Shown: positions 17,421 through 27,492, counted from the first letter of the stretch. The stretch: DNA of 56,368 nt from an uncultured Candidatus Saccharibacteria bacterium (GCA_964369115.1 CAYJED010000006.1:1-56368); one strand, 5' to 3'. Numbers and translations are program-made. Notes: generated by a model not told the origin, from the letters alone.

Positions 17421-18026
17421 ATGGAAAATTATATTGATCTTTTTTCTAAAGAAGTTGCAGAACAAATGCTATCACTTCCAAAAGAAGAGATAGCAAAAGC
17501 GACTCATATTATTCAATCTGTTTATGAGAGAGATGGGAGGATTTATGTTTTTGGTAATGGCGGGTCTATGGCTATGGCAACTCACTGGGTAAGCGATTTC
17601 AATAAAACAGTTTTTAGTCATAATCTTGATGCGGACATTAAACGTTTTCAAGCAATTCGCTTGCCTTCAACGGAGGCAGAAATTACAGCATGGGCAAATG
17701 ATGTTGGTTTTGACATGGTTTTTGCTGGACCCCTTAAAAATTATATTCAAGAAACAGACTGTCTTATTGCTATTAGTAGTTCTGGTAATTCACCAAACAT
17801 CATTAAAGCTGTTGAGCTCGCTAAACAGCACCATGTTCCAGTTATAGGTATTTCCGGGTTTACAGGAGGTAAATTAAATGAACTTGCTGACGCAAAAATT
17901 GTTGTCAAAACAAAGCCCGGAGCTTATGCAATTGTTGAAAGTGTGCATAATGCAATTCTCCATTTGTTTACTAGTTATTTCCAAGACTATTTTGATCATA
18001 TTGTAGAAACAAAAAAAGCAAAATAG
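17421..18026 (+). CDS. gmhA: SIS-domain phosphoheptose isomerase
   Basis: FGNGGSMAMATHWVSDF and ISSSGNSPNI SIS motifs. Length is 201 aa. Confidence 0.8.
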   Translation: MENYIDLFSKEVAEQMLSLPKEEIAKATHIIQSVYERDGRIYVFGNGGSMAMATHWVSDFNKTVFSHNLDADIKRFQAIRLPSTEAEITAWANDVGFDMVFAGPLKNYIQETDCLIAISSSGNSPNIIKAVELAKQHHVPVIGISGFTGGKLNELADAKIVVKTKPGAYAIVESVHNAILHLFTSYFQDYFDHIVETKKAK

Positions 18027-18039
18027 GTTCATTTTTAGT

Positions 18040-18537
18040 ATGAAAAAAATTGCTTTTTTAGATCGTGATGGCGTTATTAATAAAAAAGCAGCAGATCATT
18101 GCTATATAACGAGTATTAAAGATTTCATTTTTAATGAAAGTATTTTTAATTTAGCGAAAGATCTTGTATCTGAAGGTTTTGAGATTGTAGTAATCACTAA
18201 TCAAAGAGGCATCGCAAAAGGCCTTTACTCTGAAAAAGATCTTAAGATGATCCATGATCACATGGTTGATGTTTTTTTTGAGAAAAAAATCAGACTTCTC
18301 GATATTCTATATTGCCCTCATGAAATAGATGTATGTGACTGCAGAAAACCAAAAGACGGAATGCTTAGAGCTGTTTGTGAAAAGTATAAAGTTAATTTAA
18401 GAGATTCAATTCTCATTAGTGACAGTCAACAGGATGTAGATATGGGGATTAAATTTGGTATTAAGAACAGTTTCCTTGTTCCTGTAGACTCACCAGAAGA
18501 TTTTTCTTTACGTAAATCTTTTCGTCAAGCAAAATAA
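18040..18537 (+). CDS. gmhB: HAD-family D,D-heptose 1,7-bisphosphate phosphatase
   Basis: FLDRDGVIN (DxD motif), TNQRGI, CDCRKPKDGML, SDSQQD. Confidence 0.8.
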   Translation: MKKIAFLDRDGVINKKAADHCYITSIKDFIFNESIFNLAKDLVSEGFEIVVITNQRGIAKGLYSEKDLKMIHDHMVDVFFEKKIRLLDILYCPHEIDVCDCRKPKDGMLRAVCEKYKVNLRDSILISDSQQDVDMGIKFGIKNSFLVPVDSPEDFSLRKSFRQAK

Positions 18538-19746
18538 ATGAAAAAGATAAAAATTGCATTTATAAAATACGCTGGTTTAACTTCTGGTGGAAGCGAAAAG
18601 TTGCTTCAGATTATTGCGGCAAATTTACCAAAAGAACGGTTTGATGTTACTTACTTCTATTGCGATCCTTCGCCCTATACAGGTGGGTATCAGCCACAAG
18701 GGAAGACAGATTTTTTTAGATATGAATATATGAAAAATGCAGGGGTCCGCCTTGTAAAATTTTCTGTTAAAGAAAAAGATATAACTACACCTACTCACAC
18801 CTGGAAAGCGACAGATTTTTTTGAAGTTTTTAAGGAAGATGATTTTGATCTTATTCAAACTTGTAGATCTGGACATAAAGAGTATCCTTTTACAAAAATA
18901 CGAAGAAAACCAATTATTGATATTATTGCACTATCTTCCGGCTCTGATAATCAATATAATATTGCACGAGTGCTACACCTTTCTTCTTTTAGTGCAAACC
19001 AGTGGGTTAGTCGTGGTGGGGACCGCAAAAGAATTGTAAATGTTTCTTTGCCTATTGTAATAAGCGATGATACCGGAGAAAATTTTATTAATGAGTTTAA
19101 CCTTGGTGATAAGTTTGTTTTTGGGATGCATCAACGCGATAATGATGGCATATTTTCACCAATACCACTTCTTGCGTACTCAGAGATTGAAACCGAATCA
19201 ACCGCTTTCTTCATGTTGGGCGGAAGTGTGCTCTATAAAGAGCAAGCAAAAAAGTTGCATCTAAAAAATGTTTATTTTTTAGATGCAACAGGAGATAGTA
19301 AAATAATTTTTAAATTTCTAAGAACTCTTTCTGTGTACGCTCACGGTCGCAAAGATGGTGAAATAAATTCTCAAGCTCTTGCTGAGGCAATGTTTACAGG
19401 CCTTCCAATTGTTAGCCATGTTTCATCTATTAATAACGGACATATTGAAGGAATTGGTTTGGCGGGTGCTGTGACAGCTAATGTTGATGAATATAAGACT
19501 GAACTTAAAAAGCTTTTATATGACAAAGAATATTTTGAGTTTAGAAAAAGAAATTCATTTTTACAGTTTAAAAATAATTATGAGTTAGGTGCTCAAATAG
19601 AAAAATATGTAAATATTTATGAAGATGTTTATCGAAACCCTTTCCCGGGCCATTTTAGGCGTATTTTAACAAGTCTGCATTATACTCAAAATATACGTTT
19701 AATAGCGGTATATTTCTACTTAAAGCTTAAATTTTTATTTAATTAA
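18538..19746 (+). CDS. GT-B fold glycosyltransferase (GT4-like)
   Basis: GGSEKLLQ near the N-terminus. C-terminal ..GRKDGEINSQALAEAMFTGLPIVSH resembles the E-x7-E region of GT4. The ATG abuts the gmhB stop. Confidence 0.6.
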   Translation: MKKIKIAFIKYAGLTSGGSEKLLQIIAANLPKERFDVTYFYCDPSPYTGGYQPQGKTDFFRYEYMKNAGVRLVKFSVKEKDITTPTHTWKATDFFEVFKEDDFDLIQTCRSGHKEYPFTKIRRKPIIDIIALSSGSDNQYNIARVLHLSSFSANQWVSRGGDRKRIVNVSLPIVISDDTGENFINEFNLGDKFVFGMHQRDNDGIFSPIPLLAYSEIETESTAFFMLGGSVLYKEQAKKLHLKNVYFLDATGDSKIIFKFLRTLSVYAHGRKDGEINSQALAEAMFTGLPIVSHVSSINNGHIEGIGLAGAVTANVDEYKTELKKLLYDKEYFEFRKRNSFLQFKNNYELGAQIEKYVNIYEDVYRNPFPGHFRRILTSLHYTQNIRLIAVYFYLKLKFLFN

Positions 19747-20466
19747 ACGTAGTATTTTTTTACAGATCCTTTTTATTATATTTAAGTAAAAATTAATTTC
19801 CCAAGAAAATTTATAAAAATAATTTCTTTTTTTATTTTTTAATTTTTGAGAAGCCTCAACTTTTAGACCGTAAATACCGCTAAAGTATCCATCATTTTCT
19901 ATGTTACAGAAGAGAAGTTGCCAGTTTGAAAGATTTTCCTGCCACCATTCTTGATTGCGAATATGCCACATGTTCCAGTTCATGTTAGTGTCATAGTTTT
20001 CACTAAAAAAAAGAACCGACCCAACAGGTGCATCGTTAAGAAGCTTTAAAAATTCTATCACGTAGTAATCTTCGATATGACTAAGTACTGCTCCTGTTGT
20101 AAAAAAAACAGGCTGAGTAATATTTAGTTTTTTGTAGGCCTCCACCATGTCTTCTTCTAGAAAGGTTACATTTCTGAGGTCGTCTGTAAGGTTCTGTGCA
20201 GCTTTTACTGCTGCGTGTGAAGGTTCTATGCCTATTGATTTTTCAAAATAAGGAGACATTTTTCGGACCAGCCACCCAACCCCTGAACCTATATCTATAT
20301 GTGTCTTTGGTAAATTTTTTGTAATCGATAAAGCAAAAGTAAAACCCGCTCGTTTGAAGTCGTTGTTTTTTTCTGTCCGGTTAATTATTTCTTCTTTTGT
20401 ATAGTAATCTTTATCAGATTCATATCCAGTATTGTGTTTTATATAACTTTGAAGGTCTTTTTTCAT
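19735..20466 (-). CDS. Class I SAM-dependent methyltransferase
   Basis: IDIGSGVGWLVRKM motif I, followed by IGIEPS. Confidence 0.7.
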   Translation of the reverse strand: MKKDLQSYIKHNTGYESDKDYYTKEEIINRTEKNNDFKRAGFTFALSITKNLPKTHIDIGSGVGWLVRKMSPYFEKSIGIEPSHAAVKAAQNLTDDLRNVTFLEEDMVEAYKKLNITQPVFFTTGAVLSHIEDYYVIEFLKLLNDAPVGSVLFFSENYDTNMNWNMWHIRNQEWWQENLSNWQLLFCNIENDGYFSGIYGLKVEASQKLKNKKRNYFYKFSWEINFYLNIIKRICKKILRLIK

Positions 20467-20477
20467 AGTGATTGTCT

Positions 20478-21428
20478 TTAGTAAAATAACTTATACTTTA
20501 TTTTGTTTCTTAAATTATTTAAGCTTATAATCCATTTCGGGAAAACTTTTATTTTTTCTGGAGGTCTTTTGTTTTCTTCCGTAAAAATTTTTTTTAGCTC
20601 ATCGATGTGCCAAATTTCTAGAGGTTCAAAAAAAAGAGAACCATGAACTTTGAAAAGGGAGAGGATTATTTTAAGTTTATCTTCGTCGTAGGTATTATAG
20701 GATTCTTTTCCAGGGAAAAGAATCCCGGCATAGAATTTTTCTTCAAGTTTTTCAACAGGAATATTTTTTAAAAATTTTGTAATGGAGTAACGATTATTTG
20801 TTTTTCGTGGATTGATGCCTTGAGATCGTTCGGTGCACATGTAAACAGCTTGTTTTATTTCACATCTTTTTTGTGCAAGATACTGAACGTGAAGAATAGG
20901 GGTGTGAAGTCTGATTATTTTTTTAATATCAGGAATTCTATTAATGTGCTCATTTGTAATATAATTTCTGTCGTAGTCAATTTCTCTATAGTCAATAAAA
21001 GCAAAGGCTTTATAGTTGTTTTTCCAAACCCCGTCAACTCTATGGGTTGTGTCGGAATTATACATCTGAAGCCATTCACTCGAAAACGCAACCGATTTTT
21101 TTTCAGCGTTTTTATTTGTAAAATCTTTTATTTCATTTATAAAAGAAGGGTGTATAAATTCATCGGCATCAAGTTGTACGATAAGGTTGCCTTCACCTTC
21201 AATTTTTCTTGCCTCATCTAAAAGCATAAAACGAACTTCATTGGTATAACCTTTATAAGGATTATTGATCACCTTTACTTTTTCAAATTTTTTGCAAACT
21301 TCCCTTGATTCATCTGTTGAGTTTTGGTCAGCAATAATAATATGATCAGCGAAGCTGGAAAAATTTTTTAATACAAAAGGAAGAATCCATGCCTCGTTTA
21401 AAATCGGGGTGATGACAATTATTTTCAT
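20478..21428 (-). CDS. Glycosyltransferase family 2-like
   Basis: MKIIVITPILNEAWILPFVL..IIIADQNSTDES and QLDADEF (DxD-like). Confidence 0.7.
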   Translation of the reverse strand: MKIIVITPILNEAWILPFVLKNFSSFADHIIIADQNSTDESREVCKKFEKVKVINNPYKGYTNEVRFMLLDEARKIEGEGNLIVQLDADEFIHPSFINEIKDFTNKNAEKKSVAFSSEWLQMYNSDTTHRVDGVWKNNYKAFAFIDYREIDYDRNYITNEHINRIPDIKKIIRLHTPILHVQYLAQKRCEIKQAVYMCTERSQGINPRKTNNRYSITKFLKNIPVEKLEEKFYAGILFPGKESYNTYDEDKLKIILSLFKVHGSLFFEPLEIWHIDELKKIFTEENKRPPEKIKVFPKWIISLNNLRNKIKYKLFY

Positions 21429-21432
21429 AGAG

Positions 21433-22305
21433 TTACATTCTTATGGAATTTCCGTAGATTATTTTACGCCCTTTATTTAACTTTAAGTTAGCTAAGTTAA
21501 ATATTTTTGTATAAAGTAAGTAAAATGGTTTTATTTTTTTTAGTATTTTTTTAATTTTAGTTAAGAGTTGATCGTTCTTGTTTTTTTTCAAAACAGCAAA
21601 AAGAGCATTATATTTTCTTTCCCATACTTCCATAACGGCTACATGTAACAGCTTTTCTTTTTGCTCCTCCGTGCTTGAGTTAGTCCTCTTAAAAAGAAAT
21701 AACCCAAAACCATTTGCGTGACAAAGATCTGTTAAGTCTCTTTTTTCAAAATTAACTTCATCAAATAATTTTCTTTTATCATTAATATTAATATCATCTA
21801 TTACTATTAAAGCATTGTCAGCAAGCAGATGCTGATATATTTCCCACTCATCTCGAAGCTGGAAATCATAGTGAAGTGTGTCAGTAAAAAGAATGTCAAT
21901 CTTTTTTGGGAGTTGATTGATTACATTATAGCTACACACATCACCAAAAATAAAATGCATTTGACTATCTTTAAACATGTGAGGGGGGCAATATCTTTGA
22001 TCTTTTTCGATGTCTATACTATAAAAATCTGCCCCAACGTTTTTTGCTGCATCATATAACGATAAAGTGGAAAGACCTTCACGATTCCCGAGCTCAACTA
22101 TATTTTTAGGTTTTAGGTTTTTAACAATATAGTTTAAAAAAGTTATATAGTGCTGGTCTTTACTATCAATAAAAGAAAGATAGAGGAGGTCAGTTTTGCT
22201 GCTCTTATCAAATAGAGATAGATTCTTTTCAGAAATAGTATTTTTTTTCTGTAGATTTGAAAAATTAATAATTAATTCATCAATTTTTTGTGAACTTAGA
22301 TCCAT
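21433..22305 (-). CDS. Class I methyltransferase-like (CmcI/Methyltransf_24-like)
   Basis: NIVELGNREGLSTLSL, DILFTDTLH, and IVIDDI. Confidence 0.5.
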   Translation of the reverse strand: MDLSSQKIDELIINFSNLQKKNTISEKNLSLFDKSSKTDLLYLSFIDSKDQHYITFLNYIVKNLKPKNIVELGNREGLSTLSLYDAAKNVGADFYSIDIEKDQRYCPPHMFKDSQMHFIFGDVCSYNVINQLPKKIDILFTDTLHYDFQLRDEWEIYQHLLADNALIVIDDININDKRKLFDEVNFEKRDLTDLCHANGFGLFLFKRTNSSTEEQKEKLLHVAVMEVWERKYNALFAVLKKNKNDQLLTKIKKILKKIKPFYLLYTKIFNLANLKLNKGRKIIYGNSIRM

Positions 22306-22308
22306 AGG

Positions 22309-23256
22309 TTAATATTTTAGAATATATTTTTTAATAAAAAATTTAAATTTCATTTTCATTTTTGTGTATCCGGTCAGTGTTTTAATTCCAGAAAGTACTG
22401 CTGATTTTAAAAACAACTCTTTATTTTGAGAGATCATTTCCTTATAATTTGAAATATAGCTTGCTACAGAGTATTGTTTCCCAAATGAAATAATATGAGG
22501 GATTGAGTAGGTAACAGTGAGAGGGATGTATTCTGTCTCTACTCTGTCAAAAATCCCATATCTAAGACAGATAATTGCCTTATCTAAGCCTTGTTTGGAG
22601 TTTGGTCTAGTGCTTGCACCTTTTCCTTCGTTAAGATAGTAACCAAGCGACTGGTCACTTATAACGGTTGTACCATTGAAAGCAAGTCGTACAGAGAGAT
22701 CGAAGTCAGCGCCGGAAACAAGCTGTTCATCAAAGTGGCCAGCTTTATCACATAGTGATTTTTTAAACATCACAAAAGGACCATAGTACATACCACGTTT
22801 AAATTCACTATGGGGAATGTTTTTATGAAGCACCATAGTTCCTTCCTCTTTCTCCCCAAACCTCCTTACTATCTTATAGTCACCAATAGCGATATCTCCA
22901 CCTTTTTCTAGAATAACTTTTACTTGTGATTCAATTGATGTTGGTGTTCGTAGGTCATCAACGTTCCAAATAGTTACAAGTTCACCAGAAGCTTCCTTGA
23001 TGCATCTATTCATTGAGGTGCCGATTGGTTCTACGGGGTTTACTATGATGTGTTTTATTTTTCCTGGATATTTTTCTTGAAACGTTTTAACCCAAAGTAG
23101 CTCTTCTTCATCGGGTTCGTTGTGATCTAGAACAATCTCAAGATTGTTGAAGTATGTTTGCTGCGGGAGTTCATCAAGAAACCTTTTTAAGTAAGGTTTC
23201 ATCCTAAAGCAGGGGGTTATGGTACTCACTAAGGGGTGCGCCATTTGTTCTGTCAT
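22309..23256 (-). CDS. Glycosyltransferase family 2
   Basis: VSTITPCF..YL..FLDELPQQTY..LEIVLDHNEP, and WNVDD (DxD-like). Confidence 0.75.
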   Translation of the reverse strand: MTEQMAHPLVSTITPCFRMKPYLKRFLDELPQQTYFNNLEIVLDHNEPDEEELLWVKTFQEKYPGKIKHIIVNPVEPIGTSMNRCIKEASGELVTIWNVDDLRTPTSIESQVKVILEKGGDIAIGDYKIVRRFGEKEEGTMVLHKNIPHSEFKRGMYYGPFVMFKKSLCDKAGHFDEQLVSGADFDLSVRLAFNGTTVISDQSLGYYLNEGKGASTRPNSKQGLDKAIICLRYGIFDRVETEYIPLTVTYSIPHIISFGKQYSVASYISNYKEMISQNKELFLKSAVLSGIKTLTGYTKMKMKFKFFIKKYILKY

Positions 23257-23258
23257 GG

Positions 23259-24110
23259 TTATTTAAAAAATAGTTCTGGATGCTTATTCATTTCTTCGAT
23301 TACTCTGGATATACCTTCTTCAAGAGATGTTTTTGGTTGCCAGTATTTTTGTATTATGGTATTCGGCTCATTTTTAACATCTTTTTGTACTTCATCTTTA
23401 GCGGACTCTGCAGGTACAACCTCTGATCCAGGAAAATGATCACTGATTATCTTGGCAACGGTAAGTACATTATTCCACTCAAAGCTCGTGACATGAAGCT
23501 CCTCGTCTCTTGGAATTACTTCATAGTTTTCTGAAAGCGTGAGAAGTGCTTCGCAGCAATCGTCTGCGTATAAGAATTGACGCTCTTCTGTTCCGTCAGT
23601 AAGAAGATCTACCTTGCCTGTCTTTTTTGCTTTAATAATTAAATCAGTAATAACATGAGATTTTTCAAGATCGTACTCTATACCATAGACATTCCAAAAC
23701 TTAACAGTTAAACCATTAAGAATTTTTGTATAACTTTCTCCTAATGCTTTTGATCTTCCGTAGCTTGAGAAGGACATCGTTGACATTTGGCTTGATGCAA
23801 AAATAAAAGGCTTCTTATGTGTATGTAGTAGATCAAAAGTAACATCCATGATTTTTGTGTTGTTGGAAATAAAATCATAGGTGTGTTGATATGTTTTAAG
23901 GTATCTTGATCCACCAACATCAAAAGCAAGGAAGAATACAAAATCTGACTCTTGTATGCGCGATTCTAGGAGGGGGTTTTTTGAGATTCTAAGATCTTCG
24001 TTTGGTGAACTAGCAATGTCAAAAGTAAGCACTTCGTGGTTGTTTTTTTGTAAAAAAGCAACTAACGCTTTACCTATTTGTCCTTCAGATCCTAAAACTA
24101 AGTATTTCAT
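23259..24110 (-). CDS. NAD(P)-dependent sugar epimerase/reductase (short extended SDR, RmlD-like size)
   Basis: MKYLVLGSEGQIGKAL Rossmann motif and YGRSK (YxxxK). Confidence 0.75.
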   Translation of the reverse strand: MKYLVLGSEGQIGKALVAFLQKNNHEVLTFDIASSPNEDLRISKNPLLESRIQESDFVFFLAFDVGGSRYLKTYQHTYDFISNNTKIMDVTFDLLHTHKKPFIFASSQMSTMSFSSYGRSKALGESYTKILNGLTVKFWNVYGIEYDLEKSHVITDLIIKAKKTGKVDLLTDGTEERQFLYADDCCEALLTLSENYEVIPRDEELHVTSFEWNNVLTVAKIISDHFPGSEVVPAESAKDEVQKDVKNEPNTIIQKYWQPKTSLEEGISRVIEEMNKHPELFFK

Positions 24111-24118
24111 TATACTAT

Positions 24119-25456
24119 TTAGAATACTTTATTTTTAAATAAATACCAAATACACGGAATTACGGTGTAGCTGATAACTGTAGCGTACGCTGCTCCGAGT
24201 ATTCCGTAAGAAGGAAGGAAAAGAAAGTTAAGTAAAATATTCAAAGCTGCTGTTAGGAAAGAGATAATAACAAGAGCTTTTTTATGATCTCGAATAATTA
24301 AATCTTGATAAATAAGACTACCAACGAAACTGCCAAATAGGGAATATATATATACTTTTAAAACTTCTGACGCAAAAATAAATTCTGCTCCATAAATAGC
24401 TTCAATAATTAATTTACTGCTCATCGATATTATGATGGATAGTGTTAGGCTGATTCCTGTTAGGAGAACAAAAAAATAAAAAAATCTTTTTTTATAGGCT
24501 TCCCTTGAGACACTTGATGAATTAACAAGGGCAGGAAAGAGTGCTCCTAAAAGAATATTAGGGAGCATATACCATATTTCCACCAAACGGACCGCAGAAG
24601 CATAAATTCCAACTGAAGCACTGTCAAACATGTTTCCAATCATCACCTGATCTATTTTACTGTATAGTTCATTAAAAAAAGAGAATAAGATAAGCGGTAA
24701 GGAGGCTGAAAAGAAAAGCAGCAAGGTTTCTTTTTTGATAGATAAAAATAAAGTTCTCTTTTTAATATATCTAATCTGATATATATAAAAAAATCCAGTT
24801 AGTATATTTTCGATAACCACCACGACCCCAAAAAGAAAGAGTGAGTCAAAATAGAGCACTGAACCTAATTTAAGTAAACTTGCTATAAATAGAGAACTTA
24901 CCTGGGTTATTGTTACATACTTTCCTTCTCTGTCTTTTAAAAAATCAAAACTAAGTAAAGTGAGAGGTTGTGTGATGAAGGAAAAACTTAAGATACTGAG
25001 AAGTATTTTTTGTGTTAAATCAATTTCTTGATTTAAAAAAATGAAGACATGTACAAGGAGTATACCTAAGAAACCAAGTATGCTTTTTAAAAAAATTGAA
25101 CTACCAAGAAGTTCTTCTCTTTTGTGTGGAGTTTTAATAATATATTTGTATAAAATATTATCGATTCCAAGATTAACAAATACAGCAAATAAGCCTATTA
25201 TGCTAAGTGCGTAATTAATTTTTCCAAAATCACTAGGGCCGAGATATCGTGCAAGTAACATTGTTACCGCAAGGGATATAATGAGAGATCCGATTCTTGC
25301 AACCCCAAACCATTGAATATTTCTCAAGTAAACAATAAAACCTTCCTGAGGAATATTCTTTCCTGTTATTTTTTTAAGAAGAAAATAGCAGTGCTCTGCT
25401 ATGCTTGTAAGCATAATAGAGTCATCGTAACAGTTTTTTTTCAAAAATACTATCAC
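24119..25456 (-). CDS. wzx: Wzx-type oligosaccharide flippase (MOP superfamily)
   Basis: About 12 hydrophobic segments, 445 aa, inside a glycan locus. The N-terminal start is ambiguous (M1 or M15). Confidence 0.7.
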   Translation of the reverse strand: MIVFLKKNCYDDSIMLTSIAEHCYFLLKKITGKNIPQEGFIVYLRNIQWFGVARIGSLIISLAVTMLLARYLGPSDFGKINYALSIIGLFAVFVNLGIDNILYKYIIKTPHKREELLGSSIFLKSILGFLGILLVHVFIFLNQEIDLTQKILLSILSFSFITQPLTLLSFDFLKDREGKYVTITQVSSLFIASLLKLGSVLYFDSLFLFGVVVVIENILTGFFYIYQIRYIKKRTLFLSIKKETLLLFFSASLPLILFSFFNELYSKIDQVMIGNMFDSASVGIYASAVRLVEIWYMLPNILLGALFPALVNSSSVSREAYKKRFFYFFVLLTGISLTLSIIISMSSKLIIEAIYGAEFIFASEVLKVYIYSLFGSFVGSLIYQDLIIRDHKKALVIISFLTAALNILLNFLFLPSYGILGAAYATVISYTVIPCIWYLFKNKVF

Positions 25457-25548
25457 TCAGCAGGGGTTCTTGACGGGTATTTCTTTTTTATGGTAGTGTA
25501 AAAATATCTGTTCTTTAACAGTTTTTCAATCAACTTAGGAGAGAAGAC

Positions 25549-26544
25549 ATGAAAACCGCTCTTGTTCTTGGTGCTGGTGGCTTCATCGGTTCCCATATGG
25601 TCAAGCGTCTCAAAGATGAAGGTTATTGGGTGCGTGGGGTTGATCTGAAGCATCCGGAATTTTCCAAAAGTGCAGCAGATCACTTCGTGGTGTTTGACCT
25701 CAGGGGCTACCCGGAGTTGAATCAGGTCATGACAAGCCCTTCAGGGACCTTTGATGAGATCTACCAGTTTGCTGCCGATATGGGTGGCGCTGGCTTTGTC
25801 TTTACTGGCGAAAACGATGCTGCGATCATGCACAACTCGTGCCAGATCAACCTGAATGTTCTCGAGGTTCAGAGGTTGCTGAATGAGGCACTGAAGGTCT
25901 GTAAGACGAAGATTTTCTACTCGTCTTCTGCCTGCATGTACCCGGAACACAACCAGCTTGACCCTGACAACCCGAACTGCGAAGAAAAGTCTGCTTATCC
26001 GGCAGATCCGGACAGTGAATATGGGTGGGAAAAGTTGTTCAGCGAGCGTCTCTTCCTGGCATATAGCCGTAACCACGGCATTCCGGTCGCGATTGCTCGC
26101 TACCACAACATCTTTGGTCCTTATGGGACTTGGGAAGGTGGTCGTGAGAAGTCTCCGGCAGCAATGTGCCGCAAGGTCGCTGAAGTGGAGGATGGTGGTG
26201 AAGTCGAGATTTGGGGGCCGGGGACTCAAACCCGATCTTTCCTCTTCATTGATGAGTGCATCGAAGGCACTCGTCGGCTGATGCAGTCCGATTTCCAAGG
26301 GCCGGTGAATATTGGCTCTGATGAAATGGTGACCATCAATCACCTTGTGCAACTTGCTGCTCAGATCGCTGGAAAGAAGATTTCCCGGCGTCACATCGAT
26401 GGACCGCTTGGTGTGAGGGGGCGTAATTCCCATAACACCCTCATTCAAGAGAAGCTTGGTTGGGCACCGTCTCTTCCGCTTGAGCATGGTCTTCGGATCA
26501 CGTACAACTGGATCAGTGAACAGGTTGCCAACAAGAACAAGTAA
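25549..26544 (+). CDS. GDP-mannose 3,5-epimerase-like extended SDR
   Basis: GAGGFIGSH, ADMGGAGF, SSACMYPE, YGWEKL, RYHNIFGPYGTWEGGREKSPAAMCRK, TRSFLFIDECIEG, VNIGSDEMVTIN, GVRGRNSHN, LGWAP..L..GLRITYNWI. These match the GME family closely as I remember it. Confidence 0.8.
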   Translation: MKTALVLGAGGFIGSHMVKRLKDEGYWVRGVDLKHPEFSKSAADHFVVFDLRGYPELNQVMTSPSGTFDEIYQFAADMGGAGFVFTGENDAAIMHNSCQINLNVLEVQRLLNEALKVCKTKIFYSSSACMYPEHNQLDPDNPNCEEKSAYPADPDSEYGWEKLFSERLFLAYSRNHGIPVAIARYHNIFGPYGTWEGGREKSPAAMCRKVAEVEDGGEVEIWGPGTQTRSFLFIDECIEGTRRLMQSDFQGPVNIGSDEMVTINHLVQLAAQIAGKKISRRHIDGPLGVRGRNSHNTLIQEKLGWAPSLPLEHGLRITYNWISEQVANKNK

Positions 26545-26568
26545 ACAAAAAAGAAGACTGAAAAGCTC

Positions 26569-26598
26569 AACCGCACCCCTCAAAAGGTGCGGTTTTTA
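26569..26598 (+). terminator. Intrinsic terminator
   Basis: Stem aaccgcacc/ggtgcggtt followed by T5. Confidence 0.75.
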
Positions 26599-26615
26599 TT
26601 TTGATAAGAAAAGCA

Positions 26616-26648
26616 AAAGCGTCATGGATGTTATTCGCATGACGCTTT
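26616..26648 (-). terminator. Intrinsic terminator for the NUDIX gene
   Basis: Stem aaagcgtcatg/catgacgcttt. A U-rich run follows on the minus strand. Confidence 0.7.
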
Positions 26649-26657
26649 AAAGAAAGG

Positions 26658-27389
26658 TTACGAGAGCCTAAGCACCCCAAGTTCTCGCAGTGCTCGGTAG
26701 GTGATATCTCTAGCACAAGTCTCCAGACCGAAGTCAGGATTCTTTTCCCATGGACCAGGTTTCTCCAAGAGGTTCATCCAGTCATTGATCGGAAAGAGAA
26801 GAACGGAAAGCTGCTCATGTTCGTCAAGCTCTGTTCCAACGATATGTATCGGGTTTTGAAGCCTGCCAAGGAATGGGAAATATTGACTTGTTGTATTTCT
26901 AACATTGGAGAAAATTCCTTCCCCGGATGAAAGCGGAGTGACCGAACTAAGCAGTGTCCCTGTTTCTTCTCTCCATTCGCGAAGAGCTGCATGGGCCATC
27001 TTCTCTTGAACGGTTACAAGATCTGATTCTTCTTCTCCTGGGACACCAGAAACTGGGACCAAGGTTATTTTTTCATTTCCATGCTTCCATTCAGCCGTAA
27101 CAGCAACGAGCCCGTCGATAACCACAAACACAGATACGTACGGTGTGCTTTTGATCTTGAACCCAGTAAAAACCGAACGATCTGAGGGATTTTCGTAAGA
27201 AGCGACGAAAGGTTTTGGTGCAAACCTCTGATACTCGTCTCTTTGAGTAGGGGAAGCACGGCTCATGAACTCCCCAGCTGGAACATCTTCAGAAACTTTA
27301 TTCCATGGAGTAATGCCAAGGCTGCGAACCACGTCAAAACAGTTTTCTTCTGAGACAATTGGCCACCCAAGAATTGGATGCTTTTTCAT
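26658..27389 (-). CDS. NUDIX hydrolase
   Basis: Nudix box G-x5-E-x7-REWREETG (GVPGEEESDLVTVQEKMAHAALREWREETGT). Confidence 0.75.
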   Translation of the reverse strand: MKKHPILGWPIVSEENCFDVVRSLGITPWNKVSEDVPAGEFMSRASPTQRDEYQRFAPKPFVASYENPSDRSVFTGFKIKSTPYVSVFVVIDGLVAVTAEWKHGNEKITLVPVSGVPGEEESDLVTVQEKMAHAALREWREETGTLLSSVTPLSSGEGIFSNVRNTTSQYFPFLGRLQNPIHIVGTELDEHEQLSVLLFPINDWMNLLEKPGPWEKNPDFGLETCARDITYRALRELGVLRLS

Positions 27390-27492
27390 GGTGTTTCTCC
27401 AAAATATAAAAGAACAATAGTTATAACACTATACTATTTTTAAAAAAAGTAAACTTTTTATTTTGGCTAACATTTATGGTAAAGTGTGTTTT

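Noticed and set aside
25741-26583. 280-aa minus-strand ORF and 107-aa plus-strand ORF inside the GME-like gene.
   Set aside because: Both are shadow frames of a GC-rich gene. Their translations are Arg/Leu/Val-rich with no motifs, whereas the sense frame has extensive SDR/GME motifs.
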